A stretch of DNA of 54,294 nt from a virus. Its lineage: Duplodnaviria > Caudoviricetes. Shown here one piece after another: positions 34,778 through 45,100 of the stretch. The translations under genes were made by a program, and so were the position numbers. How positions within the stretch are numbered: position 1 is the first letter of the stretch; each line of letters begins with the position of its first letter. The notes beneath the pieces were generated by a model. That model did no database searches. It saw only the letters and a list, made by a program, of their open reading frames with translations, and was not told the origin of the DNA. The stretch lies in the IMG/VR virus record IMGVR_UViG_3300033153_010346, positions 1-54,294 of that record, one strand, 5' to 3'.

Positions 34778-36961
34778 ATGGCACTTTACGCTCATAACAA
34801 GCGTAGCAGAAAAAGGTACACAAACAATCGCAAAAAAGCTTACAAAAACAAACAAGTAGACACGTTGGTTGACCAAGCAATAGGTCAAATGAAAGCAGCA
34901 CAAGACCAACAGAAGTTTTTTGCACAGGGTATTGCTGTACACACAAATGTAAACAGAAGAACTAGTACAAACGTTCTGGAGAATGTAAATGATCTGCAGA
35001 ACCCTGATTTAGAAGATCGACTTAAGATGGTTGATCTATGTCGTAAGCTAAGACAATCAGAGGGTATTTGTGGCTCAGTAGCAGATCTTCTGGTGGATTT
35101 CGGTATTACACGAGGTTCATTTTATTCTGATAATACAGAGTTGAAAAGTATTCTAAACAAATGGGCCGCTTTTGTAAACTCGACGGTAGAACTATCTAAG
35201 TATAAGGGTTTGGTTTTTCCAACACCAGGATTGAGGGCTCTTTCTAGGAAGATCTTTGATGATTATGTTGTAGATGGAGACTCTATTTTTACCTTGTACT
35301 GGCAGAATGGGGTTAAGATGAGTATAGATGGCGATGCCTTATTTTTGCCTACTTCTATCCGGGTGTTAGATACCCTTGCATTAGAGATTGATCCTGATCT
35401 TGCTAGATTTGGGGTTGAACGAATTACATTGAAACTCGATGACAAGGTGATTGAGCGTATTACTAAACCAGAAAATGAGGCTGACAAGTTCTTAAAGGAC
35501 AACCTACCCAAAGAATGGTTGAAATTTATAGCCGCAGGCGACGATATTGTACTTGATCCAAACGTGACCTTTCATGTTAGTAGAAACGACAAGGACTATG
35601 AAGCTTGGGGACAGTCTTATTTTATTAAGGCCTTCAGCGCAGTAGCTGCTAAGCGTCGTTTGCAGGCCGTTGATGATGCTACTATTGATGGTTTGATTAA
35701 TCGTTTCACAATCTTTAAGCTGGGGCTAGAAGACAGAGAAAAGAACCCAGCTTACCACATCCCCTCTTCTGCTAGAGTGGCTGCTTTGGTAAATATCTTG
35801 ACTGATCCAAAACGGAGTAATGCTGCTGTCTGGCCAGGACCTGATTTGGATTATATTGATATTGGACCTGATGGGAAAGTGCTAGAGTTTGATCAGAAAT
35901 ACAAGCAAGCTGACAAGGATATTCTACGTTCCTTACATGTATCCCCCCTCTTGATTGATGGAACTACAACGGGTGCGGCAGCTGACGACTTTATCTCATT
36001 CCTTTCGACGGAGGTAGGGTTAGATGCTGTTCGTAGTGAGCTTGAAGCTACCTTTGGTATTATAGGTAGGGAGATAGCTATAGCTAACAATTTACAGTAT
36101 GAAGAATTATACTATCGATTTGACACTCAACTCTTGAATGACCAAGAGCGTGTAAAGAACTTTGCTATTAAGGTCTTTGAGCTTGGTGGTTTGTCTGTTG
36201 AAACATTTGTCAAAACTATGGGATATAACTTCGACACTGAAAAACAGCTGAAGGAACAAGAGGAATCGGATGGTACTACAGAGTTATTTGTGAATCCAAA
36301 TATTCCTGGGTTTACTGGAGTAGCCCCTACTGGTACTCCTGAAGGTGACGATCCAGAACAACCAGCAGATAAAGATGGAAGACCAAAGAATGAGCCAGAA
36401 GAGGCTGCCCAGAATCCATTGGATAACGTAACCCTATACTACTCAACGTATAGGCAAACTTTTGATCGGATTAAACATGACATAGAATTGAAGTATAAAC
36501 TCCGTCCTGACGACATAGGTTCTATGCAGATGACTCTTGTGAGTGGTTTTTCTCAGTTTCGAATGCTGGTTGAAGCCCAATTGAGGGACATATATAGCAA
36601 AGAATCAGGTGGTAATGTGACGGCTGATTTACAAGCATTAATTGCTTGGAACGATAAATACATAGATAATTTCTATACACAACTAAGAGATGAACTTAGC
36701 AGTAATCCTGCTGAGATTGCCAAGATATTTGAAAGCAATGAATATCGGGTATATTTGTATGCAACTGAAAGCTATCGAAAAGCCACTTGGGTGGGCCGAA
36801 TTACAAGAGCCAGACTTGAGGGATTTTCAAGAGGTATTTGGGTGTGTAAGAACGAGGATTCTCCTTGTTTTATAAACGATGGAATTGCATTTGACTTTGA
36901 GTATTTGGTAGAAAACTTCCCAGGTCATCCTAATTGTGAATGTGTATTGGAATTTCAATAG
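34778..36961 (+). CDS. portal protein with C-terminal MuF-like extension
   Basis: position after TerL, size, acidic linker, C-terminal PGHPNCEC. Confidence 0.75.
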   Translation: MALYAHNKRSRKRYTNNRKKAYKNKQVDTLVDQAIGQMKAAQDQQKFFAQGIAVHTNVNRRTSTNVLENVNDLQNPDLEDRLKMVDLCRKLRQSEGICGSVADLLVDFGITRGSFYSDNTELKSILNKWAAFVNSTVELSKYKGLVFPTPGLRALSRKIFDDYVVDGDSIFTLYWQNGVKMSIDGDALFLPTSIRVLDTLALEIDPDLARFGVERITLKLDDKVIERITKPENEADKFLKDNLPKEWLKFIAAGDDIVLDPNVTFHVSRNDKDYEAWGQSYFIKAFSAVAAKRRLQAVDDATIDGLINRFTIFKLGLEDREKNPAYHIPSSARVAALVNILTDPKRSNAAVWPGPDLDYIDIGPDGKVLEFDQKYKQADKDILRSLHVSPLLIDGTTTGAAADDFISFLSTEVGLDAVRSELEATFGIIGREIAIANNLQYEELYYRFDTQLLNDQERVKNFAIKVFELGGLSVETFVKTMGYNFDTEKQLKEQEESDGTTELFVNPNIPGFTGVAPTGTPEGDDPEQPADKDGRPKNEPEEAAQNPLDNVTLYYSTYRQTFDRIKHDIELKYKLRPDDIGSMQMTLVSGFSQFRMLVEAQLRDIYSKESGGNVTADLQALIAWNDKYIDNFYTQLRDELSSNPAEIAKIFESNEYRVYLYATESYRKATWVGRITRARLEGFSRGIWVCKNEDSPCFINDGIAFDFEYLVENFPGHPNCECVLEFQ

Positions 36962-36969
36962 GGGTTGCG

Positions 36970-37401
36970 ATGATATTACAAAAACATGCTAAAAAACATG
37001 AGCAAATAGACCGCCGCCTAGAAGTTTTGAATGAAGAATTGGAAGGTATGGAAGAAGAAATAGAACTGCAGGCCGCAGTTGTACAGAATTTGGGTGAAGG
37101 GATTATGTTGGTAGAAACAAAGAACGGTCTTATCGCTTACGCGAATCCCCAGTTGGGAGAAATGTTTGGCTATGAAGCTACAGAGCTAAAAGGGAAACAC
37201 ATAAGTCTTCTGGCACTTGAAAAAGAAGCCGAGGAAGTGATGGAAGCTTTGAAGGCTAAAAGAACACACCAAATATTACGCACAGACGTAACATGTACCA
37301 AAAAGGATGGTACAGCATTTGTGTGTGAAGTATCCATATCGACTTTCAATCATAAATCGTATGGAGAGGTTTGGGTGGGTCTTCATAAAGTCAAAACCTA
37401 G
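36970..37401 (+). CDS. stand-alone PAS-domain protein with N-terminal coiled coil
   Basis: EGIMLVE..G.I.YANP...MFGY...EL.GK...KKDG..F..EVS. Confidence 0.85.
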   Translation: MILQKHAKKHEQIDRRLEVLNEELEGMEEEIELQAAVVQNLGEGIMLVETKNGLIAYANPQLGEMFGYEATELKGKHISLLALEKEAEEVMEALKAKRTHQILRTDVTCTKKDGTAFVCEVSISTFNHKSYGEVWVGLHKVKT

Positions 37402-37418
37402 GGGAAAGGGAACTCAAT

Positions 37419-37682
37419 ATGAGCGACCGATTTAACAACGGGCAATTTAGCGAATGGCGAAGACTTATTTTGGATAAACTCCGAACGAATACAGAGTCCA
37501 TAAAAGACCTTGAAAATAATCAGCATACATTTGAGATTCGAACCATAAAAGATATAAAGGATCTTGAAGCTGACATCAAGGTAGCAAAGAAATCAGCAAT
37601 AATTTGGTCATCCATAGGAGCTTCTATAACTACTGGGGTGATCGGCTTAATATACTTAATACTAACGTTAGTAAAAAACTAA
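37419..37682 (+). CDS. XhlA/holin-like protein
   Basis: coiled coil followed by single C-terminal TM helix. Confidence 0.5.
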   Translation: MSDRFNNGQFSEWRRLILDKLRTNTESIKDLENNQHTFEIRTIKDIKDLEADIKVAKKSAIIWSSIGASITTGVIGLIYLILTLVKN

Positions 37683-37705
37683 GAAGAGATTTGAGGAGAT
37701 AAATC

Positions 37706-38254
37706 ATGGCTATTACAGCAACTCAGATTCAATTTAGATTGTCAATTCCAGGTGAAACAGGCGGGAATACTGCCGCTCAGCCTGATGCTAATGACTCTCT
37801 TGGGGGTTGGGTATCTACTACAACCATCCAAGCTGCAACATTGAACAATCTATTTGATGATGTTTCAGGTGACGAGAATGCTGCAAGTGATATTGAATAC
37901 AGAGGCTTTTTCGTTTATAACTCAAACATAACTCTTGGATGGGAATCAACTGTGATGTGGTTGAGTGCTACTGTTACTGGTGGTGCTTTAGCATCTATCG
38001 CTGTAGATGGAACAGCTGCTAGTACAGTAGGTTATTCTGCTGCTAGCCAGATGTTGGAGATTCCAGATGAGAGCACTGAACCGACTGGTCCCCCAACTTG
38101 GCTCGCACCTACGTCTAAGGGTACAGGAATTTCTCTGGGAACTATCCCGCTAAATTCCGTAAGAGGTGTTTGGGTTCAAAGATTAGCACAAAATAGTGCT
38201 GCTCTTAACAACGACGGTATCACTATCAGCTTTGAAGGTGACACTGCTGCGTAA
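37706..38254 (+). CDS. putative virion structural protein
   Basis: GAGGAG RBS; SLGG..S, NNLFDDVSG.E...YR pattern; followed by hairpin. Confidence 0.65.
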   Translation: MAITATQIQFRLSIPGETGGNTAAQPDANDSLGGWVSTTTIQAATLNNLFDDVSGDENAASDIEYRGFFVYNSNITLGWESTVMWLSATVTGGALASIAVDGTAASTVGYSAASQMLEIPDESTEPTGPPTWLAPTSKGTGISLGTIPLNSVRGVWVQRLAQNSAALNNDGITISFEGDTAA

Positions 38255-38258
38255 ATAT

Positions 38259-38279
38259 GGGACCCCTTTATGGGGTCCT
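38259..38279 (+). terminator. hairpin after structural gene
   Basis: GGGACCCC-TTTAT-GGGGTCCT. Confidence 0.5.
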
Positions 38280-38303
38280 ATACCTTTATTCAAAGAGGTA
38301 ATT

Positions 38304-38687
38304 ATGTGTGAAATACTTATAAGAGCAAAGGAGCATTCTTTGGTACTTGCAAAGGAGGCCGATTTGACAGAAAGACAAATAGAAGCTAGGAAAGTGATAC
38401 CTAGAAAAGGGTCCCCAATTGTGGTGCGTGGAGATGGGCATACTTGGGGTAAAAAAGAAGGACCACCCAACCACGTAATAGTAAAAATACCTGGTTTAGA
38501 TCCAGGGAAGGTACAGGATCTACTTATAGAAGATGACGCGAATGATGGTGAAGGGAAACAGATTTTGTACAACATACGTAAGTATAAAATAACTGGGACC
38601 CTTATGAATTCAATGATAGCTAGTGGTGGTATTATTACTATCTCTGAAAATAACCTACGCCAAGGTATTAAGCAATGGCAGATCTAA
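38304..38687 (+). CDS. hypothetical protein
   Basis: GAGG RBS before ATG 38304. Confidence 0.65.
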   Translation: MCEILIRAKEHSLVLAKEADLTERQIEARKVIPRKGSPIVVRGDGHTWGKKEGPPNHVIVKIPGLDPGKVQDLLIEDDANDGEGKQILYNIRKYKITGTLMNSMIASGGIITISENNLRQGIKQWQI

Positions 38688-41600
38688 CATTTGAAGTCAG
38701 ATTAGATGGTGCTGGAGACTATACTTCACTCAATGCAGCCTTGACTACCGAAGAAACTGATCTAACTACCGCTGAGGATACTCACACTTTTGAAATTACA
38801 GGTGCTTGGGGTACCCTAGAAGAGGGGCAAATAAACTCTAATGGTTATACCACCAATCCAACCTATTACTTGAAGGTTATTGCTCTTGGTACTGCTAGGC
38901 ATAATGGTTTTTGGACTGAGGGGGCTTATGCTGTTGGGTCGGGTTCAACTGGGCATAGTTTGATTATAAGTGGCGACCACACGGAAGTACACAATCTACA
39001 ATTTACCCATGACCAAACAGCTGTCGCGCAAAGAGCTGCCATGGTGTTTTCAAATGCCGGAGGCGGGATTATTGATGGGTGTATAATTCGAAAGCGTAAT
39101 GATTGTGATGGTGAAGCTTTTGGTATTTATTTGTGGCCGAGTGCTGGGAATACTAAATGTGTTGTATCTAACAACATAATATACGGATATAATAACTCCA
39201 CCGCTCCAAATAGCGCGATGTTTGTACACTGTACAGGGTCTGATGCTAATAGCGTTTATAATAACACCATTTTTGATTGTTACCGTGGTATGATGTCTTA
39301 CCCAGAGAAAGGGGTAATAGTTAATAACGTATTTGCTTCTTGCAAAATACCCACCGCCGCCGTTTTATTCAGCGATGGTACTAACTATAATGCTACAGAT
39401 ACTTTGTCAATAGGTTATACTAATACACCTACTAATGATGTGGTTGGTGCTACAATCATTTTTGCTTCTATCTTAGATAAAGACTTTCATATTAGACCTT
39501 GTCCTATGGTGGACACAGGATTAGACTTATCTGATGATAGTAGATATGCTTTTTCAAATGATATTGATGGTGCAACTAGATCTGGCAATTGGGATAGAGG
39601 TGCTGATGAATGGCTAACAGACCTAGTGTTCAGTGTCAGACTAGACGGTAGTGGAGACTATACAGCGTTGCATACAGCCATGGTCACTGAACTAAAGGAT
39701 TTAACAGGCAGTCTTCAAACACACACATTTGACATTACAGGTGCTTGGGGTACTGCGGAGGGTGGTGTCTCTGTTACTGGTTATACTACAAACCCAACTT
39801 ACTTTTTTACGGTTCGATGTTTGGGTACATCTTTACACACTGGCAAATGGACACCAGGAGCTTTTATAGCGGGAACTAACTATAACTCTAACTCTGTAAC
39901 ATTTTATAGCACTAATTATTGTGAAGTATATGGTTTACAGATTAGAATGGATAATGATGATGCATCATCTCGCGGCGGCCTTGTCCTGGGTAACAACGGT
40001 GGTGGCATTATAGAGAACTGTATTGTCAAAAAAACAGGAGCCTCAGTAAGTGGCTCAGAAGGTATTTATGTATGGCCCGACCCCGGCGGCGGCGGCACTG
40101 GTACAACTTATGCTAGGGTAGTTAATAACATAGTATACGATTTTATTGGTGGCGTTACTGATGTTGGTATTTTGGCGGCCAGCATTGCCGATGGTGGTTC
40201 TTATGTTTTGAACAACACAATCTTTAATTGTGGTATAGGTATAAGAGCGTTTAATCAAGATTGTATAGCTATAAATAATGTGCTTGCTTCTTGTTTGAAC
40301 CCCGCCGCCGACTATTCTTTTTCTACAGATTCAGACTATAACATTACTTCAAGTGTGTCTATGGGTTATAATCAAACGCCCCCAGCTAACGATATTCTCT
40401 CAGCTCCAATTGTTTTTGCTTCAATCGGTGGGGAGGATTTTAGATTGCGTCCGTCAGCTATCGCCAGCATTGGAATTGATACAGGGTTCAATCTATCAGC
40501 ATACCCAACTTACTCTTTCTCTGATACCATAACTGGGTCTATTAGGGGAACTGTTTGGGATAGAGGAGCGCACGAATGGACAAAGAATATTATATTCAGT
40601 ATCCGCAACGATGGTAGTGGGGATTATACAACATTAGCGGCAGGCGTTAATACCGAAGCTAAAGATATAACAGCCAGTCTTCAGTCACACACATATGAAA
40701 TTACGGGTACTTGGCCTGAGGCAGAAGGTGGTATTTATGATGCAGCATATCACGCTAGCCCAACTTACTTTTTGAAGTTTGTAGCTTTGGGCTCTTCTCG
40801 TCATACTGGGAAATGGACAGATAGTGCATATGCTTGTGGGTCTGCGGCAAGTAACGGTTTTAAATTTGGTGATCCTGGTTGGATATACGTTTATGGTTTG
40901 CAAGTAATGCTTGAGAGCGGAAGTACAGGAGCAAGATATGGTATAGAGATTCAGAATAATGCCGGAGGAGTTATCGACGGGTGTATTGTTAAGCTAGAAT
41001 TAGATCCCGGTGGTGCTAAGTATGGGATGATCATATACCCTGCGGGTGGCGGTACATTTTTTAATATCACCAACTCTGTTGTCTATGGCTTTAAAAACGA
41101 AGACCCTATTGCCGGGGGTATTTATGCTGGCTCAGGATCGGGTAAACCAGGGGCTGCATATATCTCTAACACTACGTTTTACAATTGTCATCAAGGTCTA
41201 TTTGTTGGTACAGACGATGTGATATTAAGAAACTGTGTGTTTGCGTCTGTTAAGATACCAGCAAGAACAGGGTATCATTTTCAGTATGCTAGCAACAACG
41301 CTACCGATACATTGGCTATGGGTTATACCAATACAGGTACCGAAGATATTCTTAGTGCTACTCTTGTTTTTGCATCAATATTAGATCGTGATTTTCATCT
41401 TATGGACGGGTCTGATTGTATTGGTGCTGGTACAGTTTTAGCAGCAGCTCCTACAATAGCTTTTACAAATGATATAGATGGTCAAACTAGGGTGGCCCCT
41501 TGGGATATTGGAGCTGATGCTTATTTTGCTATTCTTGGTGGAGGCACAATAAGTATTGTATCTCAACTAATTTGGGACACGATAGGTTACCAACTTATTT

Positions 41601-41815
41601 ACCCAACATCAACAGTAGGTGCGGGCGATTGGCTCCCCTCTGATACGACATTAGCCGGTGATACTAGTGATCAAAACATAACAACGTATGCGTATCTCGA
41701 TGATGCAGCTTCTGGCTCTGCCATGACTTTAAATTTTCAGCAACATACTAGACCTTATTCCAACTCACCAGGGGCAACCTTAACCATCACATGGCAACAA
41801 ACGGAGGGTGGATAA
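38675..41815 (+). CDS. large virion protein with three tandem parallel beta-helix modules
   Basis: three ~310-aa repeats starting F..R.DG.GDYT.L and ending WD.GA; NNII/NNTI ladders. Confidence 0.8.
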   Translation: MADLTFEVRLDGAGDYTSLNAALTTEETDLTTAEDTHTFEITGAWGTLEEGQINSNGYTTNPTYYLKVIALGTARHNGFWTEGAYAVGSGSTGHSLIISGDHTEVHNLQFTHDQTAVAQRAAMVFSNAGGGIIDGCIIRKRNDCDGEAFGIYLWPSAGNTKCVVSNNIIYGYNNSTAPNSAMFVHCTGSDANSVYNNTIFDCYRGMMSYPEKGVIVNNVFASCKIPTAAVLFSDGTNYNATDTLSIGYTNTPTNDVVGATIIFASILDKDFHIRPCPMVDTGLDLSDDSRYAFSNDIDGATRSGNWDRGADEWLTDLVFSVRLDGSGDYTALHTAMVTELKDLTGSLQTHTFDITGAWGTAEGGVSVTGYTTNPTYFFTVRCLGTSLHTGKWTPGAFIAGTNYNSNSVTFYSTNYCEVYGLQIRMDNDDASSRGGLVLGNNGGGIIENCIVKKTGASVSGSEGIYVWPDPGGGGTGTTYARVVNNIVYDFIGGVTDVGILAASIADGGSYVLNNTIFNCGIGIRAFNQDCIAINNVLASCLNPAADYSFSTDSDYNITSSVSMGYNQTPPANDILSAPIVFASIGGEDFRLRPSAIASIGIDTGFNLSAYPTYSFSDTITGSIRGTVWDRGAHEWTKNIIFSIRNDGSGDYTTLAAGVNTEAKDITASLQSHTYEITGTWPEAEGGIYDAAYHASPTYFLKFVALGSSRHTGKWTDSAYACGSAASNGFKFGDPGWIYVYGLQVMLESGSTGARYGIEIQNNAGGVIDGCIVKLELDPGGAKYGMIIYPAGGGTFFNITNSVVYGFKNEDPIAGGIYAGSGSGKPGAAYISNTTFYNCHQGLFVGTDDVILRNCVFASVKIPARTGYHFQYASNNATDTLAMGYTNTGTEDILSATLVFASILDRDFHLMDGSDCIGAGTVLAAAPTIAFTNDIDGQTRVAPWDIGADAYFAILGGGTISIVSQLIWDTIGYQLIYPTSTVGAGDWLPSDTTLAGDTSDQNITTYAYLDDAASGSAMTLNFQQHTRPYSNSPGATLTITWQQTEGG

Positions 41816-42150
41816 TGGATGAATATCCTTATAAAATAGTTGGGTGGAAAATATGGTATTGCAACGAGACCCTTGAAGAGTTTATGTTTACTAACAAAGA
41901 TGGTACATGGGCCGAAGCTCCTGATCAAAATGTACAAGTAGTAATGGCATATGCTGACAAACATGATGGCCAAGGAAGAGCCTGTCGTATGATTTTTAGG
42001 GCAGTTGATTATTACTGGTATAATGGTAAGGTGTTTGACAGTGGGGATGTTTTAACAGAGGCAACAGGCCCTGTGAAATATGGCAAGGAGATATTGTTTT
42101 CTAAATATGAAGAAATTGTTAATCATGCTATGGAAGACTACGAAATCTAA
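41815..42150 (+). CDS. hypothetical protein
   Basis: GGAGG RBS, TAATG coupling on both sides. Confidence 0.7.
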   Translation: MDEYPYKIVGWKIWYCNETLEEFMFTNKDGTWAEAPDQNVQVVMAYADKHDGQGRACRMIFRAVDYYWYNGKVFDSGDVLTEATGPVKYGKEILFSKYEEIVNHAMEDYEI

Positions 42151-45100
42151 TGGCTGTTTATTATCTCTCAAATACAAATTCTGATTTAACTGGTGGAGCT
42201 GATTTTAGTAAAGTTTTAGCTACCGTTACAGAGGCTACCAATACTTTACTTGTGACTGTAGGATCAGGAGCAACCGAAACCTCCTATGGGTTTACAGCAG
42301 TTGGTGACCCTAATAATCCTGACTGGGAAACAGGCGGGATAACAGTAGAGGTTAATGTTACTGTAGCTGATTCAAAAGTATTTATATCAGCGTCTGCTAG
42401 TAGGGTAACTGCTGCTGGGACGGTAGAAGAGACAACGTCGCCAACAAGTGAACAAGCCGCTTCCACCACCGCCGTTTACACTTTTAATATTACATCTATG
42501 GATTGGTCGGCTGGGTCTGCTACGGACAGAATAAGAGTTAACTACATTTTTAGAGAGTCTAATGCTCACGGTGACAGAAGCATTACTATACAGTTTGGCG
42601 ATACTAATACCGAAGTAACCACTTCTATAACAAAACCTGTCCCAGCAGGTCCAGTTGGTGATTCTATACAAACGGTTTGGAATCTTAACAAGCTAACTAC
42701 GGATACATCCCAGTTAATCTGGGATGTTCATGTACCCGTTAATGATACTTCACAATTTATTTGGGATGCTAAAAACACGGTGTCAAGGGACCCTCAACCA
42801 GCATTTATTTGGAATTTACAGGCTCATGTCACGGACACTGTACAACCGATTTGGAATGTAGGGAAAGCAGTAATTGATAGTATTCAAGTTATTTGGGATG
42901 TTAAGGCTACAGTGACAGATGCTGTCCAATTTGTTTGGAATTTAACGTCTCTTGTAACCAACACACCCCAATTTGTATGGAGTGTTGGTCAAGCAATAAC
43001 TGATTCTATTCAGTACATTTGGAATGTTTCTTCAACTGTTGCAGTAAGTAAACTAAACGATTTAGTTTGGGGTGTTAAAACTAATGCAACAGATGTTATG
43101 CAGGGTGTATGGGATGTAAAGACATTCGTTAATAACACATCCCAACTAGTATGGGATGTAAAACAGGCAGCTAGTGATACAATACAGGCTGTTTGGGATG
43201 TAGGTAAAGCAATTTCAAATACTGTGCAGGGTATTTGGAATGTTAGGTCTATCTCGACAGACACTGTACAATTTATTTGGCACGTAGATGCACTTCCTTC
43301 TAGTACTTGTGACATCACAATATTACAAGATTCAACAACCATTGCTACTTTTTACAACCAAGTTATCCCTACCATTTCAACTGCAACTGAATTTGGGTTA
43401 ACTGAAGCTCAACTTGATTTAATCAATTACAACGGCGTACTAGCAACATTACAGATAGCAGTTACCGGTAATATTTCAGATGGGACTGGGGTAACACAGA
43501 TTGAAGTTCAAGAGATAGTATTAAGGCTTCCCTACCCAATAGGCGCTCTTACTGCTGCTAAGTTGGTACAATTAGTGTGGAATCTCCAAGCAGGTGTATT
43601 GGATTCAGCTCAGTTAGTTTGGAATGCTAAAGAAATCACAGCAGATTCGTCCCAGTTTATTTGGGACGTTAAAACAGTTGTATCCAAAGCTAGTCAAAAA
43701 ATATGGAATGTAAAAGAACTAGTAACGAAGGCCTCACAAAAAATATGGAATGTTCGTAAAGCTATAACAGATACTTCTCAATTGGTTTGGAATGTTAAAC
43801 AGGCCGTGACTGATACCTCTAAACTGGTTTGGAATGTGCTGGTTACAGGTGCAGCCCAAGCAGGGATACAGTTTGTTTGGAATTTGAAACAAACCGCTGG
43901 TAATACATCACAGTTGGTCTGGAATGTTAAAGAGCTGTTAACAGACACAACTCAGTTTATTTGGAATGCCAAACAATTAATCTCTGATTCATCTCAATAT
44001 ATTTGGAACATTAAGAAGCTTGCTACTGGTAGTTCGCAATTAATTTGGGATGTAAAACAAGCAGTTATCGACAGCAGCCAGTTGGTTTGGAATGTTAAAT
44101 CACTTGTATCAGACACAGTCCAGGGAATATGGAATGTTCGAGAAGCAATTACTAACACCATCCAAGCCGTATGGAATATTCGAAAAGCAATTACTGATAC
44201 GTCTAAATTTATTTGGAATGTACTTGTAACAGGGCAATTACAGATAGGTACGCAGTTTGTTTGGAATGTCAAAAAGGCCATTAGTGATAGTTCACAGCTA
44301 AAATGGAACATCAAAGGTTTAGTTTCTAGTACTTCACAGTATATTTGGAATATAAAGAAGCTGGTAACTGGTTCTACTCAAGTTGTTTGGAATATTAAGA
44401 AGGCCCTAGCAGATGCATCCCAGTTTGTTTGGCATGTGTTAGTAACCGGTCAAGTACAAGTAGGTACTCAGTTTATTTGGGGTGTAAAGCAAACAACAAC
44501 AGCTCTTTCACAACTTAAATGGAATGTAAAAGGCTTAATATCAGACGCTATACAGTATATCTGGAACATAAAACAGACAGCAGGTAATTCTACACAGCTA
44601 GTTTGGAATCTTAGAAAAGCCATTGTTGATGCAGCAAAGCTAGTCTGGGATGTAGTTGCTGCCACGGGGGCTGTTGCCAAAGTGGTACAGGTAGTTTGGA
44701 ATACTAAGGCTACAGTTTCTGATTCAACACAAATAATTTGGGATATTCGAAAAATTATGTCAGATAGTGTCCAATATTTGTGGAAAATCAAGAAAATAAC
44801 TAGTAACGAGAGTAATTTACTCTGGAGCATAAAAGAAAGCATACAAAATAACCCTCAATTTATCTGGAATGTAAAACAGGTGTTTGGGGATTCGTCTCAG
44901 TTTGCTTGGAATGTTAAGCTTACTCTAGGGAATACAGTCCAGAACGTTTGGAATGTACGACAGCTTATAAGCAATACGAGTCAGTTTGTATGGCATGTAA
45001 CTGGCCCTCTTAAAGCCTCGCTGCAGGCTATTTGGGATGTCAAACAGGTTCTAACTGACTCAACGACAATACGTTGGAACGTTTTAAGCCCACTTAGCTC

